This document shows positions 10,430-22,920 of a DNA stretch of 64,000 nt, piece after piece. Position 1 is the first letter of the stretch, and each line of letters opens with the position of its first letter. Under the pieces are notes generated by a model, which had not been told where the DNA came from, made no database searches, and saw only the letters and a program-made list of their open reading frames with translations. Source of the stretch: Macrostomum lignano (taxonomy: Eukaryota); contig NIVC01001426.1 in NCBI GenBank assembly GCA_002269645.1, forward strand, positions 1 through 64,000, read 5' to 3'. The position numbers and the translations under genes were made by a program.

Positions 10430-13021
10430 ATGAGTCGCGGGATTGTGGAATCTGCTAGTCGGTCATTGGCAATTAGAGTTCACCCAACAGCTCTGCCTGC
10501 ACTGCTGAGTAAATTAGGTCAAGCTCGACCTGCTAAAAGTGCAACCTATTTGGTGAAAGAGCAAGCCTTGCTAGTGGAATATAATAGACCGTTTGCTGTT
10601 GAGAAGGCTCTGGCGCATTTGAAAGTTCAACAGCCGTTTCTTAATTATCCTGTGCTGTCTGATCCTAATTCCTGGAGCGGCAATGTTAAAGTGTCTGGTA
10701 AGTGTAAGTGTAATCGATTTTTTAAAGGTATTCGTGATGACAAATATTGGGAATCTTAAAGAGTTCGAATGACACAATATAGGGATTTGCAATGCTAATT
10801 CTTTGAGATCTGGAATGGGGATTCTTAGGGATCTGAAATGGGGATTCTTAGGGATCTGGAATGGGGATTCTTTGAGATTTGGAATGGGGATTCTTAGGGA
10901 TCTGGAATGCTGATAATTAGGGATCTGAAATGCTAATCATTAGGGATCTGGAATGCTGATAATTAGGGATCTGGAACGCTAATCATCAGGGATCTGGAAT
11001 GCTAATCATTAGGGATCTGGGAATGGAGGTTATCAAGGATCTGAAATAGGAATCCTAGGGTTCTGGAAAGCTTTTCTTGTCAGTTAAAATACTACAGAAG
11101 AAATGTTAAACACTGCATCTAGCTACTCTAAGTAGTTGTTTTTACTCTTTCCCATCACACATTGCTTTTAGACACGGCTGACAGCAACAGCATATCCAGT
11201 ATAATGAAACTGCGCAACAAGTTAAAACTCGACGTCATTCCGGATTTTAATTGGCCAGCCTTTCGATCTGAGCTGCTAGCTGAAAAGTCTTTGTCCAGCC
11301 AGATGCTGACTTATTATAATAGGCGCCTGCTCAATAAGCAACAGGTGGTATTGCGCACAGTGCTAGCTATAGGGATTAATTATCTTGTGCAGTCTCTGTC
11401 CGCCGGGGTGGCTTTGAAAATTGTCGGCTCCCTACGGACGGGGACCAGCTTTGAGAAGTCTGACTGCGATATGAATCTTTGGTTCTACGACGATTGCTGT
11501 TCGCACCTGTGCCGAGGGGATTTTAATCCCAATGCTGCCCCGGTACCGGACAGGCTGACCCAGTGCTTGGAGTCCTTCTCTAATTTGAGAATAGTGCCGC
11601 TCCGCAATCACCATCCGATTGGTTATTCGTCGCCAACATTTCCTAACAGGGTATTCCTGGCCAACCTGGGCCTGTTGCTAAGGGATGTGGATCCGGCTGT
11701 GACTGATCTGCAGTGCCACACGGGCGCTAAAGTGCCAGTGATTCGGGCTAAGCATAAATTTCTCGGCTTCAATTTTGACGTATCGTTGAGCACTCGGTTT
11801 AATCACAAGTTGAACTATTTAGTTAGCAACCTGAGCTCTTCTTGTCCGCCGTTCACTCCGCTGCTCATTGTGGTGAAGGGCATCTGCAAGGAGTCCCGGC
11901 TGCGTATGATTCACGCTGACGATTATAGCGGCCAGTTGACTACGTTTAAGCTCACTGCTCTGCTTATCTACTTTCTGCAGGTGGGGTTCTGCTGTGCCGC
12001 TGACTGCTGACTGAGTAGATATGGTAGGCAGGATATGGTACACATGGTAGAAACGGTAAACAGACCAAATTACAAAGTAAATAAAGTAGATAGTAGATAT
12101 GGCAGGACAGAGTAGATATAGTAGACAGGGTAGATATAGTAGATATGGTAGACAGGGTGGATATAGTAGACAGGGTAGATATAGTAGTAGACAGGGTAGA
12201 ATAAGTAGACAGGGGTAGATATAGTAGACAGGGGTAGATGTAGTAGACAGGGTAGATGTGGTAGATAGGGTAGATATAGTAGACAGTACATATAGTAGAC
12301 GGGCTAGATCTGGTAGATATAGTAGACAGATAAATGTGGTAGACAGGGTAGATGTGGTAGACAGGGTAGCTTTAGTAGACAAAATGTTTTACACAGAGTA
12401 AACTATATGGTGCATACAATGTGCATAAGTAGAGAAGGTAGACAAAGTAGACAGACAGTAGCTAACACTGCCCCATATCCCAATTTTGCACAATCGCAGG
12501 GCTGCGGCTACGTGCCGCCGCTCTCCCGACTGCTCAAGCTGGTGTCGGACCCGGCCCAGCTGCACGCGTTCTCCTACCTGCCAGCCACTGAGTCGCAGCG
12601 GATCCGTGATGCATTCTCGCGCAACGCTAGAAATTTAGAAACCCTGCTGAAACAGTTTCTGCGCTTCTTAATTAATTATGATTTCTCCGAGAAAGCTTTG
12701 GATTTGTTGAACTTCACAGAGTTGTCGCGAAGTCAGCTGCCGTTGGAATTGCGTTCGGATTTCATGGTGGTGCTGAATCCCACGGCCGATTGGCCTACGA
12801 ATGTTACTAGGAATATTCGAGCAGACGATTGGAAGCAGCACTGCGAAGCGTTTGCGCGCGTGTTGGAGCATCTGGAGAGCCAGACCGACCGCGACTCGGA
12901 GCAGTGGGGTCTGGTTGGCCTGTTCGACTTTCCTGAGACTGATCTGGGCGACCCTGTGTGCGACCGGCTGCAGCAGGCTATTGACGGAGGCCGTCGGGTG
13001 GGGTCTGCCAGGTCACCGTAG
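10430..13021 (+). CDS. MTPAP: Non-canonical poly(A) polymerase / terminal nucleotidyltransferase (MTPAP/TUT1/Cid1 family), about 532 aa
   Basis: Exons 10430-10697, 11172-11980 and 12500-13021 splice in frame (GT..AG, 1599 nt). Pol-beta NTase motif VGSLRTGTSFEKSDCDMNL, AKVPVIR, third Asp in FNFDVSL, PAP-associated region NLETLLKQFLRF...VLNP...NVTRNI, and an N-terminal RL/RRM-like segment. An upstream exon is possible; the MTPAP vs TUT1 assignment is not certain. Confidence 0.8.
10800..11070. repeat. Intronic about 23 bp minisatellite (GGGATCTGGAATGGGGATTCTTA-like)
   Basis: GATCTG recurs at 10807, 10830, 10853 and onward. Confidence 0.9.
12090..12400. repeat. Intronic about 18 bp minisatellite (AGATATAGTAGACAGGGT-like)
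   Basis: Tandem TAGTAGACAGGGTAGA units inside MTPAP intron 2. Confidence 0.9.
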
Positions 13022-13093
13022 CAGCGGCTACTGCTGACTGCGCATCTTTTGCTGCTTGGTGATTGACGGTTTAGTGATTTCTATTGCTGCAGT

Positions 13094-13096
13094 TCC

Positions 13097-13127
<31 letters not shown>

Positions 13128-13146
13128 GTGTCTGTCTGTCTGTCTT

Positions 13147-13189
<43 letters not shown>

Positions 13190-13200
13190 TTTCTGTCTGT
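13094..13200. repeat. (TCTG)n microsatellite
   Basis: Direct reading. Confidence 0.95.
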
Positions 13201-13734
13201 CTATGTATGTATTCAACTGTCTCACTGTCTGCCTCCCTTTCACTGTTATTCAATGTTCGTATTGTCTCTCAGTCAGTCAATTATGTAATGTTTTCTACCT
13301 AAATTTGTAAACGTTAGTATTCGTGTTCTCTCTATGCAATTAGAGATGCAGTTAGAGAGGCTCTAACAAATACCAGATATCTTTAGGTATGCTATCGATG
13401 AAAAAATCAACAATGTAGTAAATAATATTAGAAAATGTGACACCCTATCTATGGAAGCGTGGAAATGATTAGTAGCAGTAGTTTTTAAATCAACTGTCAA
13501 TATTTTAAACACAACCAAATGCTATGATCCTGTTATTAAATGGCCCGTGCACTGTCATCATGCATTTTTGTTTGCTCAGATTGTCAAGTGAATATTTATT
13601 TTGTTGATAGTAGCTTGAAAAATGCTGTTCATATTTAGCAAAGAACTCTATACAGGCCAACTTTTTGCATTTTGTTTGGCGATTCTGATCTGAATTCTTT
13701 GATCTCGAGTTATTTTCTATAATTTTAGTGTAGG

Positions 13735-15410
13735 GTCAAGGATGTAGATCAGGTAGATCAAGGATGTAGATCAGATGGATCATAGATGTAGATCAGGTGG
13801 ATCAATGATGTAGATCAGGTGGATAAGAATGTAGCTCGAATGGATCACGGTTGTCGATCAGGGAATCAATGATGTAGACCAGGTGGATTGCGGATGTGGA
13901 TCAGGTAGATTACGGATGTAGATCAGGTGGATCAAGGATGTAGATCAGGTAAATCACGGGTGTAGATCAGGTGGATCACGGATGTAGATCAAATTAATCA
14001 CGGGTGTAGATCAGGTGGATCACGGATGTAGATCAGGTGGATCAATGATGTAGATCAGGTGGATAAGAATGTAGCTCGAATGGATCACGGTTGTCGATCA
14101 GGGAATCAATGATGTAGACCAGGTGGATTGCGGATGTGGATCAGGTAGATTACGGATGTAGATCAGGTGGATCAAGGATGTAGATCAGGTAAATCACGGG
14201 TGTAGATCAGGTGGATCACGGATGTAGATCAAATTAATCACGGGTGTAGATCAGGTGGATCACGGATGTAGATCGGGTGGATCAAGGATGTAGATCAAAT
14301 TAATCACGGGTGTAGATCAGGTGGATCACGGATGTAGATCAAATTAATCACGGGTGTAGATCAGGTGGATCACGGATGTAGATCAAATTAATCACGGGTG
14401 TAGATCAGGTGGATCACGGATGTAGATCAAATTAATCACGGGTGTAGATCAGGTGGATCAAGGATGTAGATCAGGTAAATCACGGGTGTAGATCAGGTGG
14501 ATCACGGATGTAGATCAAATTAATCACGGGTGTAGATCAGGTGGATCACGGATGTAGATCAGGTGGATCAAGGATGTAGATCGGGTGGATCAAGGATGTA
14601 GATCTAATGGATCACGGATGTAGATCAGATGGATTACGGATTTAGATCAGGTGGATAAAGGATGTAGATCAAATGGATCATAGATGTATATCAGGTGGAT
14701 CAAGGATGTAGATCGGGTGGATCAAGGATGTAGCTCTAATGGATCACGGATGTAGATCAAATGGACCACGAGTGTAGATCAGGTGTATAAAGGATGTAGA
14801 TCAAATGGATCATAGATGTATATCAGGTGGATCAAGGATGTAGATCTAATGGATCACGGATGTAGATCAGATGGATTACGGATTTAGATCAGGTGGATAA
14901 AGGATGTAGATCAAATGGATCATAGATGTATATCAGGTGGATCAAGGATGTAGATCGGGTGGATCAAGGATGTAGATCTAATGGATCACGGATGTAGATC
15001 AGATGGATTACGGATTTAGATCAGGTGGATAAAGGATGTAGATCAAATGGATCATAGATGTATATCAGGTGGATCAAGGATAAGATCGGGTGGATCAAGG
15101 ATGTAGATCGGGTGGATCAAGGATGTAGATCTAATGGATCACGGATGTAGATCAAATGGATCATAGATGTATATCAGGTGGATCAAGGATAAGATCGGGT
15201 GGATCAAGGATGTAGATCGGGTGGATCAAGGATGTAGATCTAATGGATCACGGATGTAGATCAAATGGACTACGAGTGTAGATCAGGTGGATCACGGATG
15301 TAGATCAGGTGGATCACGGGTGTAGATCAAATGGATCACGGGTGTAGATCAGATGGATTGCGGATTTAGATCAGGTGGATTGCGGATGTAGATCAAGTAG
15401 ATCAGGCGAT
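13735..15410. repeat. 22 bp GATC-rich satellite (GATGTAGATCAGGTGGATCACG)
   Basis: Period 22 (14221, 14243, 14265); near-exact 240 bp higher-order duplication starting at 13801 and 14041. Confidence 0.95.
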
Positions 15411-15492
15411 GGGATCTGAGATCTTGGCAATATTAGGTATACGCTCGTAATTTCTAGGCACCGTATCTAATGACTAATTATCTAAAAACTCC

Positions 15493-17346
15493 ATGTCAAT
15501 CGCGGAGGCAACGGAGGTCATTCAGCCCTCCGCTATTAAGCCTACGGGATCAGTGGCGGTCGATCAGCCTCGTTTAAGGGAGTCTCAACTCGCTCGCCGA
15601 GTCCTCGACCAGCTAGACTTCGTTGACTCAGTCTGTGACAAGCTCATGGGTTCGATACCCGGAGTAGATCGTCTGCAGCGCAGGTGCCAAACTGAACGCC
15701 GATTTGTGCTGAGTTTGCTTCAGGACTCGGCCACTGAAACTGATCTTGAGCGCAGAGTGGAGCAGCTGAGGAGCAGCAATGCTGGCCAGTTGAGTGCAGT
15801 GGCCCAGCAACTCGATTTATTGACTTCAGGGTCTACCGATCAACAGTCAGGCCATGGGACACTTGTTGTCTCGTCCCCGAAGAGCTGCTGCGCTGTGCTA
15901 GAAAAGTTCGCCGTTTTCAGTCGGAATTCTGAGGATTGCCTTGAGGCGACTGCTACAGATGGCCAGGTGAGATGCTTCCCTCACCATCATCTAACCTGTA
16001 TTCCCCATTTCTGTCCCTCCCCTTCACCATCTAACCTCTCTTCCCTATCCCTGTCCCTCCCAGCCAGCCTCTTCCACATCCAGCCTCTCTTCCCCATCCC
16101 TGTCCCTCTCAGCCAGCCTCTCTTCCCCATCCCTGTCCCTCTCAGCCAGCCTCTCTTCCCCATCCATGTCCCTCTCAGCCAGCCTCTCTTCCCCATCCCT
16201 GTCCCACCCATCCAGCCTGTCTTCCCCATCCCTGTCCCTCCCATCCAGCCTCTCTTCCCCATCCCTGTCCCACTCAGCCAGCCTCTCTTCCCCATCCCTG
16301 TCCCTCCCAGCCAGCCTGTCTTCCCAAATCTCCATCCCTGTTCCTCTCAGCCAGCCTCTCTTCCCCTTCCCTGTCCCTCTCAGCCAGCCTCTCTTCCCTT
16401 CCCTGTCCCTCTCAGCCAGCCTCTCTTCCCCATCCCTGTCCCTCCCAGCCAGCCTGTCTTCCCAAATCCCCATCCCTGTTCCTCTCAGCCAGCCTCTCTT
16501 CCCCTTCCCTGTCCCTCCCATCCAGCCTCTCTTCCCCATCCCTGTCCCTCTCAGCCAGCCTCTCTTCCCCATCCCTGTCCCTCCCAGCCAGCCTGTCTTC
16601 CCAAATCCCCATCCCTGTTCCTCTCAGCCAGCCTCTCTTCCCCTTCCCTGTCCCTCTCAGCCAGCCTCTCTTCCCCTTCCCTGTCCCTCTCAGCCAGCCT
16701 CTCTTCCCCTTCCCTGTCCCTCTCAGCCAGCCTCTCTTCCCCATCCCTGTCCCTCCCAGCCAGCCTGTCTTCCCAAATCCCCATCCCTGTTCCTCTCAGC
16801 CAGCCTCTCTTCCCCTTCCCTGTCCCTCCCATCCAGCCTCTCTTCCCCATCCTCTCATTTCTTCATTCCCAACTTTGAATCCAAACGGCAGTAGCGCATA
16901 AAACACCGCAGAGGTCAATCAGTGCGTTGCCCAGCTGCACAGCCAAGGTGGAAGTGGACCTGGTCTGCCACGGCGGCTCTCTCTGGTTGAAATGCGTGGC
17001 CAGAAATCCGCGCGGACTCAGCCAGGCCAGCTCCGGACAGACTAGCCACGGCGCCGGCCGGGGTCTCCTGCAACAGGCGCGCCTGCTGATGCGCGCCGCC
17101 GCGCTTGCCGGCCCCGCGCCTGGCGCCATCCGACTGCGGATTCACTGCGCCAGCGGGGTGACGCCGAGACTACGCGACCGTCTGCTGGCCGTTGGAGTCA
17201 GCGAAGTCACCGGACAGCTGGCCGAGGGAGATGAAGACGAGTTCGATGATGAGCACGATGACGTACATGATGAAGAGCTGGAGACTGGGATTAATGGGGC
17301 TGGCAGCATTGAGGTGAGTGCTGATGCGCGTCTGTCTGTCTGTGTG

Positions 17347-17383
<37 letters not shown>

Positions 17384-17436
17384 TTGTGTCTGTTTTCGTG
17401 TGTCTGTCTGTCTGTCTGTCTTTGTGTCTGTTTTCG

Positions 17437-17476
<40 letters not shown>

Positions 17477-17541
17477 CGTGTGTCTGTCCGTGTGTCTGTC
17501 TGTGTGTGTGTCTGTCTGTCTGTCTGTCTGTCTGTCGGTCG

Positions 17542-17592
<51 letters not shown>

Positions 17593-17597
17593 GGTCG

Positions 17598-17665
<68 letters not shown>

Positions 17666-17686
17666 TTCTGTCTGTCTGTCTGTCTT

Positions 17687-17724
<38 letters not shown>

Positions 17725-19237
17725 GGTCGGTCTGTGTCTCGGTGTTTGTCTGTATTTGTTCTGACTCCAAGTTTATCTGCGCGGATGTCTCAGCATTGTA
17801 AATCAGGGCTCTTTAAATACACAATTGTGGCGGTCCACTGCCGCCAACTTATTAACATAATTTGGACTGCAGAGCTTTGCCTAAACGCCTCTCTCACTGT
17901 TAAATCTATGGCCCAAATAGACGCTCAAATTGAGAAGCCAGGCCGAACTTGAGGCCTGGCAAGCGGACTTTCTTTACTCGCTCGCACAGCCTTAGGCGAG
18001 CCGCTACACAATCACGTTTGTCTGTAAGCTTGATATTATAATAGCTATCAGTCTCTCTTTTCTGATTGCTCTCTTTTGTACCATCTTAATCCCGCTTTGT
18101 CATTCTTAAACAGTATCAAATTCATGTATGCGAACAAAGGAAAGTAAAAATAGCGGTGCATCTCTATCTGCAGCATCCTCTGGCTCATCCGGCAACAGCA
18201 AACCTGGACGTCACCTGTCTAGTGGCTCTATCCAGCAACCTGTGCAGAGGCTCCGGTCGCTTTCAACAATTCCTAGAGCGACCCCTAGCCTTGACAGCCG
18301 AACTGGAGCGCAATGAGCCCTGTCTGCCGCCATTGAAATCTTTTCTATTGTCCTCCGGCCGGCGTCTGATTGCCTGTCAGACTGCTGTGACCGAGTTTCG
18401 ATCGATTTTAGAAACCGTTGCCGGGCCAACGGAGATTCGCCGGGCGGAGAAATGGCTGAGTAGAGTGGAGCAGGTGTGTAGCTTTCCCTGCGCATGCTTT
18501 TGATAGTCTCGGTAAACTGGGAGTGCAATGGGGGTCCAATAGGGCGCACTCTGACCCCCACAAAATTAATCGCCCCACCAACCCCAATAAAAAATCGCCC
18601 TCACTTAACCCCCAAATGAAGAATCGCCTCCTTGACCCCCATATGAAGAATCGCCCCCATTGACCCGTAGAGGAAGAATCGCCCCCTTGACCCCATAGGA
18701 AGAATCGCCCCCTCCTGACCCCAATAGGAAGAATCGCCCCCTCCTGACCCCCATAGGAAGAATCGCCCCTTGATTCTTCATCGCCCCTTGACCCCACTTG
18801 ACCCCCCATAGGGCTTGACTTGACCCCAATCGCCCCCTTGACCCCATAGGAAGAATTGCCCCCACTGACCCCCATAGGAAGAATCGCCCCCTTCACCCCC
18901 ATAGGAAGAATCGCCCCTCTGACTCCGCCATCATATTTTACAAGCTCCAACCTGTTTACAAGCTCTAACCTGTCCTCGACCCCTTCAGGTGCCGGACCAG
19001 TGTCCACCCGACCTGTGCAACCGCCTGCGCCTGTCCCGGTCAGTCCAGGCCAGGCACCTGGCCATATTTGGCACCGGGGCCGCTCTGGGCGCCATCACAG
19101 TAACCAGCAATGCCAAGTTTGTCCGGGCCGCTGGCAAGCAGGGCTTGCACTTTTGCGTGCACCTGCACTCCTGCCGACCGCTGACCGAGGCTAAGGAGGG
19201 CCAGGTTGCGGATGCTGCATCTGATAAAACTGACTGA
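15493..19237 (+). CDS. C7orf25: UPF0415 / DUF1308 protein C7orf25 homolog, about 474 aa
   Basis: Exons 15493-15966, 16912-17313, 18174-18473 and 18989-19237, all phase 0 GT..AG (1425 nt). Motifs [58 protein letters not shown] and [23 protein letters not shown]...[11 protein letters not shown] match C7orf25. Confidence 0.9.
16040..16850. repeat. Intronic 33 bp minisatellite (CAGCCTCTCTTCCCCATCCCTGTCCCTCTCAGC)
   Basis: Period 33 (16081, 16114). Confidence 0.95.
17330..17735. repeat. Intronic (TCTG)n microsatellite
   Basis: Direct reading; begins just after the donor site at 17314. Confidence 0.95.
18560..18920. repeat. Intronic about 29 bp minisatellite (GAAGAATCGCCCCC..TGACCCCATAG)
   Basis: AGAATCGCC recurs at 18701, 18730 and onward. 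Confidence 0.9.
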
Positions 19238-19351
19238 CTGACCTGCTGTTCCTGATGGGGTGAATAAGATCTACTTTTGTTCATCCAGAGCTCCCATCTT
19301 CCTTCTGGATGCTTGTTTATGTCCGTCTGTCTAAGTGCCTGTCTTTCTGCC

Positions 19352-19385
<34 letters not shown>

Positions 19386-19403
19386 AGTGCCTGTCTTTCT
19401 GCC

Positions 19404-19500
<97 letters not shown>

Positions 19501-19551
19501 GTCTGTCTGTCTAAGTGCCTGTCTTTTTGCCTGTCTGTCTGTCTGTCTGTC

Positions 19552-19602
<51 letters not shown>

Positions 19603-19606
19603 CATA

Positions 19607-19898
19607 CATGCGCAACCTCCGAAATTCGGTCGGCCATGCGACTTAGTTTTAACAAAAATGCGACGTAGTTTTTGGCCAAAAATGCGACTTACATGTAAAA
19701 AAAACCCTAAAGCAAAATTAACGCAACTTTAGGTAAACGGCAGGAGTAACTATGACTGTGTTATTAATCCAAAATGCCTCGTCAGCTACTTAGTACTACT
19801 ATTTGGTTATTTTTTTCGGGTGGGCATTTTTGCGACTTCCTTGGTTGGCCGCCAAATCGGTCGGCCGGATCGGCCGACTCGGCCGACTGTTGCGCATG
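19607..19898. mobile_element. 292 bp MITE with CATGCGCAAC terminal inverted repeats and TA flanks
   Basis: TA|CATGCGCAAC (19607-19616) ... GTTGCGCATG|TA (19889-19898); subterminal GTCGGCC/GGCCGAC repeats; inserted in a TCTG array. Confidence 0.75.
19732..19794 (+). other. 28S rRNA-derived fragment (R2 / I-PpoI target region), not an rRNA gene
   Basis: GGTAAACGGCAGGAGTAACTATGACT-GTGTTATTAATCCA-AAATGCCTCGTCAGCTACTTAGT aligns without gaps to the recalled conserved eukaryotic 28S GGTAAACGGCGGGAGTAACTATGACT-CTCTTAAGGTAGCC-AAATGCCTCGTCATCTAATTAGT (51/63 by hand). Confidence 0.85.
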
Positions 19899-20055
19899 TA
19901 TGGTCTGTCTGTCTGTCTGTCTGTCTGTCTTTCTTTCTGTCTAAGTGCCTGTCTGTCTGTCTGTCTGTCTAAGTGCCTGTCTTTTTGCCTGTCTGTCTGT
20001 TTCTGTCTGTCTGTCTGTCTCTGTCTGTCTGTCTGTCTGTCTAAGTGCCTGTCTT

Positions 20056-20100
<45 letters not shown>

Positions 20101-20751
20101 TTAAGTGCCTGTCTTTCTGTCTTTCTGTGTGTCTTGTTGTCTTCTTAGTGTCTGTCTCTCTGCCTGTCTGTTTGTCTGTCTGTCCATCTTTCTAATATTG
20201 CTTCCTTATTTTCGAACAAAAAATCCAATCTGAATCAGAAAAGTTCAATCAAGGCTGCTATTTTCTGTATACTGTAGATTCTGTACAAGCATTTACTGTG
20301 CAGCTATGACTACACTGTACATACATGTTTCAATGTAATATCAATGGACGCGTAATTAATCCTTGTATGTCTTGTGCATCGAGTGGCTGTTCGTAATGCA
20401 TTAGGCGCCAGAGTATGCTAACGTTATTATCAGCTGATAGCTAATTAAATCAGCTTGCAGTTACAGCTCTGATCAGAATTGTATCATCGCCCTATTATAG
20501 TTGCCATTGGATGTATACTTTTCCTAATAGTCATGATCGCGTGATCAAAGTGGCAGATTTTTTAAAAGTAATAAATTCCTATGCAACACGCAAATGTTGA
20601 AGTTGTTTTATTTAGCTGGAATATTGTGTTTGTTTGGTAAACATTTGAATATGATGCCTTCGTATGCTTTTCTAGTAGGATTGGATTTTGAAATTAGGTT
20701 AGGTTTAAGGTTTGGGCTAGGGTTGGCAGTCAAATTTGTCAAATGATGACA

Positions 20752-20768
20752 GGACAGACAGACAGATG

Positions 20769-20836
<68 letters not shown>

Positions 20837-20900
20837 CACAGACAGACACACAGACAGGCAGGCAGACAGACGGAAAGACAGACAGACGGACAGACAAAGA
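20752..20900. repeat. (GACA)n microsatellite
   Basis: Direct reading. Confidence 0.95.
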
Positions 20901-21539
20901 GAAATAATAGGCAAGCAGGTCAGGGGCTAACAGACAGACAAACAGCACACAGAGCGGAGATAGTTAACTAACTTATGACTTGGGTGCAGAGGCTCTGGGA
21001 ATCCCGAGTGCAGCAGGCAGGCATCGCCCATTCCGCTAACCCAAGATAGGCAGGGCAAGCCATTAATATTACATCGAGGGGTTGGGGCGGAGTTTATTTG
21101 GCCGAATTTCTCTCTGCCTCTCAGTCTCCCTGCTTGGCCTGTGTGTGTGCTTTATTCGAAATTTGGCTAGTTAGCGCACCTGCAACCCCCGGGGGTTGTT
21201 CCCGGAGGTTGTTCTCCTTCAACCTGATTCAAGTGTGTACGCATTCGCTTGGCATCATCTTCCAACTGATTGATGATAATCAAGTTCCGCTGTCTGTCTC
21301 CCGCTCCCACTCTAATAATCAACGCACCGATCTCGGGGAAGATTTTCTCTCGGCCAATCATTTTACAAGAAGTTTATCTTTCCTGACTTTATTTATTCCC
21401 GTGTATTAAGCAATAGTTATAATATAGTTCGACTTGTCTGGGCTATGGTTTGACTACATTGGTAGTTCAACTGCTGTCTTAGCAGCCCGTTGATTGTTTG
21501 TTGGTGAGCTCATTGTTTAGCTTTTTATTTATTGCTCTG

Positions 21540-22745
21540 TCCTGCGTCTACTTGTCCGTTAGTCCTGATTCTTGTCCGTTATTCCTTGTGTATCTTGTCC
21601 GTTAGTCCTTGTGTGTCTTGTCCGTTAGTCCTGTGTCTTATCCGTTAGTCCTGTGTCTTGTCCGTTAGTCTATGTGTGTCTTGTCCGTTAGTCTATGTGT
21701 GTCTTGTCCGTTAGTCCTGTGTCTTGTCCGTTAGTCTATGTGTGTCTTGTCCGTTAGTCCTTGTGTGTCTTGTCCGTTTGTCTATGTGTGTCTTGTCCGT
21801 TAGTCCTTGTGTGTCTTGTCCGTTAGTCCTTGTGTGTCTTGTCCGTTAGTCCTTGTGTGTCTTGTCCGTTTGTCCTTGTGTGTCTTGTCCGTTAGTTCTT
21901 GTGTGTCTTGTCCGTTAGTCCTTGTGTGTCTTGTCCGTTAGTCCTTGTGTGTCTTGTCCGTTAGTCCTTGTGTGTATTGTCCGTTATTCCTTGTGTGTCT
22001 TGTCCGTTAGTCCTTGTGTGTCTTGTCCGTTAGTCCTTGTGTGTCTTGTCCGTTAGTCCTTGTGTGTCTTGTCCGTTAGCCCTTGTGTGTCTTGTCCGAA
22101 TTAGTCCTTGTGTGTCTTGTCCGTTAGTCCTTGTGTGTCTTGTCCGTTAGTCCTGTGTCTTGTCCGTTAGTCCTGTTTCTTGTCCGTTATTCCTTGTGTG
22201 TCTTGTCCGTTAGTCCTTGTGTGTCTTGTCCGTTAGTCCTGTGTCTTATCCGTTAGTCCTGTGTCTTGTCCGTTAGTCTATGTGTGTCTTGTCCGTTAGT
22301 CCTTGTGTGTCTTGTCCGTTTGTCCTTGTGTGTCTTGTCCGTTAGTCCTGTGTCTTGTCCGTTAGTTCTTGTGTGTCTTGTCCGTTAGTTCTTGTGTGTC
22401 TTGTCCGTTTGTCCTTGTGTGTCTTGTCCGAATTAGTCCTTGTGTGTCTTGTCCGTTTGTCCTTCTGTGTCTTGTCCGTTAGTCCTGTGTCTTGTTCGTT
22501 AGTCCTTGTGTGTCTTGTCCGTTAGTCCTTGTGTGTCTTGTCCGTTAGTCCTTGTGTGTCTTGTCCGTTAGTCCTTGTGTGTCTTGTCCGTTAGTCCTTG
22601 TGTGTCTTGTCCGTTAGTCCTTGTGTGTCTTGTCCGTTAGTCCTTGTGTGTCTTGTCCGAATTAGTCCTTGTGTGTCTTGTCCGTTAGTCCTTGTGTGTC
22701 TTGTCCGTTAGTCCTTGTGTGTCTTGTCCGTTAGTCTGTCTGTGT
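21540..22745. repeat. 23 bp minisatellite (TCTTGTCCGTTAGTCCTTGTGTG)
   Basis: Period 23 (21791, 21814, 21837). Confidence 0.95.
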
Positions 22746-22920
22746 CTTGTCTGCCCGTGTCTCCCTGTTAGCCTACAACAGTGACTCTACCGTGACCCCA
22801 CTAACGCTCCCTCACTTCGCAAATTCGCATTTTACAGTCTCCCGATTCGCCCCGGCAACCGCCTAACAGCAACGGTCGGGCACTCCCTGCCGGTGGCCAC
22901 TGCTCTGTAACATCGGCGCC

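Larger units (their letters stand above)
19320..20180. repeat. (TCTG)n microsatellite interrupted by a MITE
   Basis: TCTG arrays at 19320-19600 and 19902-20180, with recurring CTAAGTGCCTGTCTTT variants on both sides of the insert. Confidence 0.9.

Noticed and set aside
15967-16878. C-terminal Pro-rich extension of the 461 aa ORF
   Set aside because: Read-through into an intronic 33 bp minisatellite past a strong GTGAGA donor at 15967.
17314-17952. (VCLS)n and (QTDR)n ORFs here and at 13.1, 19.3-20.2 and 20.7 kb
   Set aside because: Translations of TCTG/GACA microsatellites.
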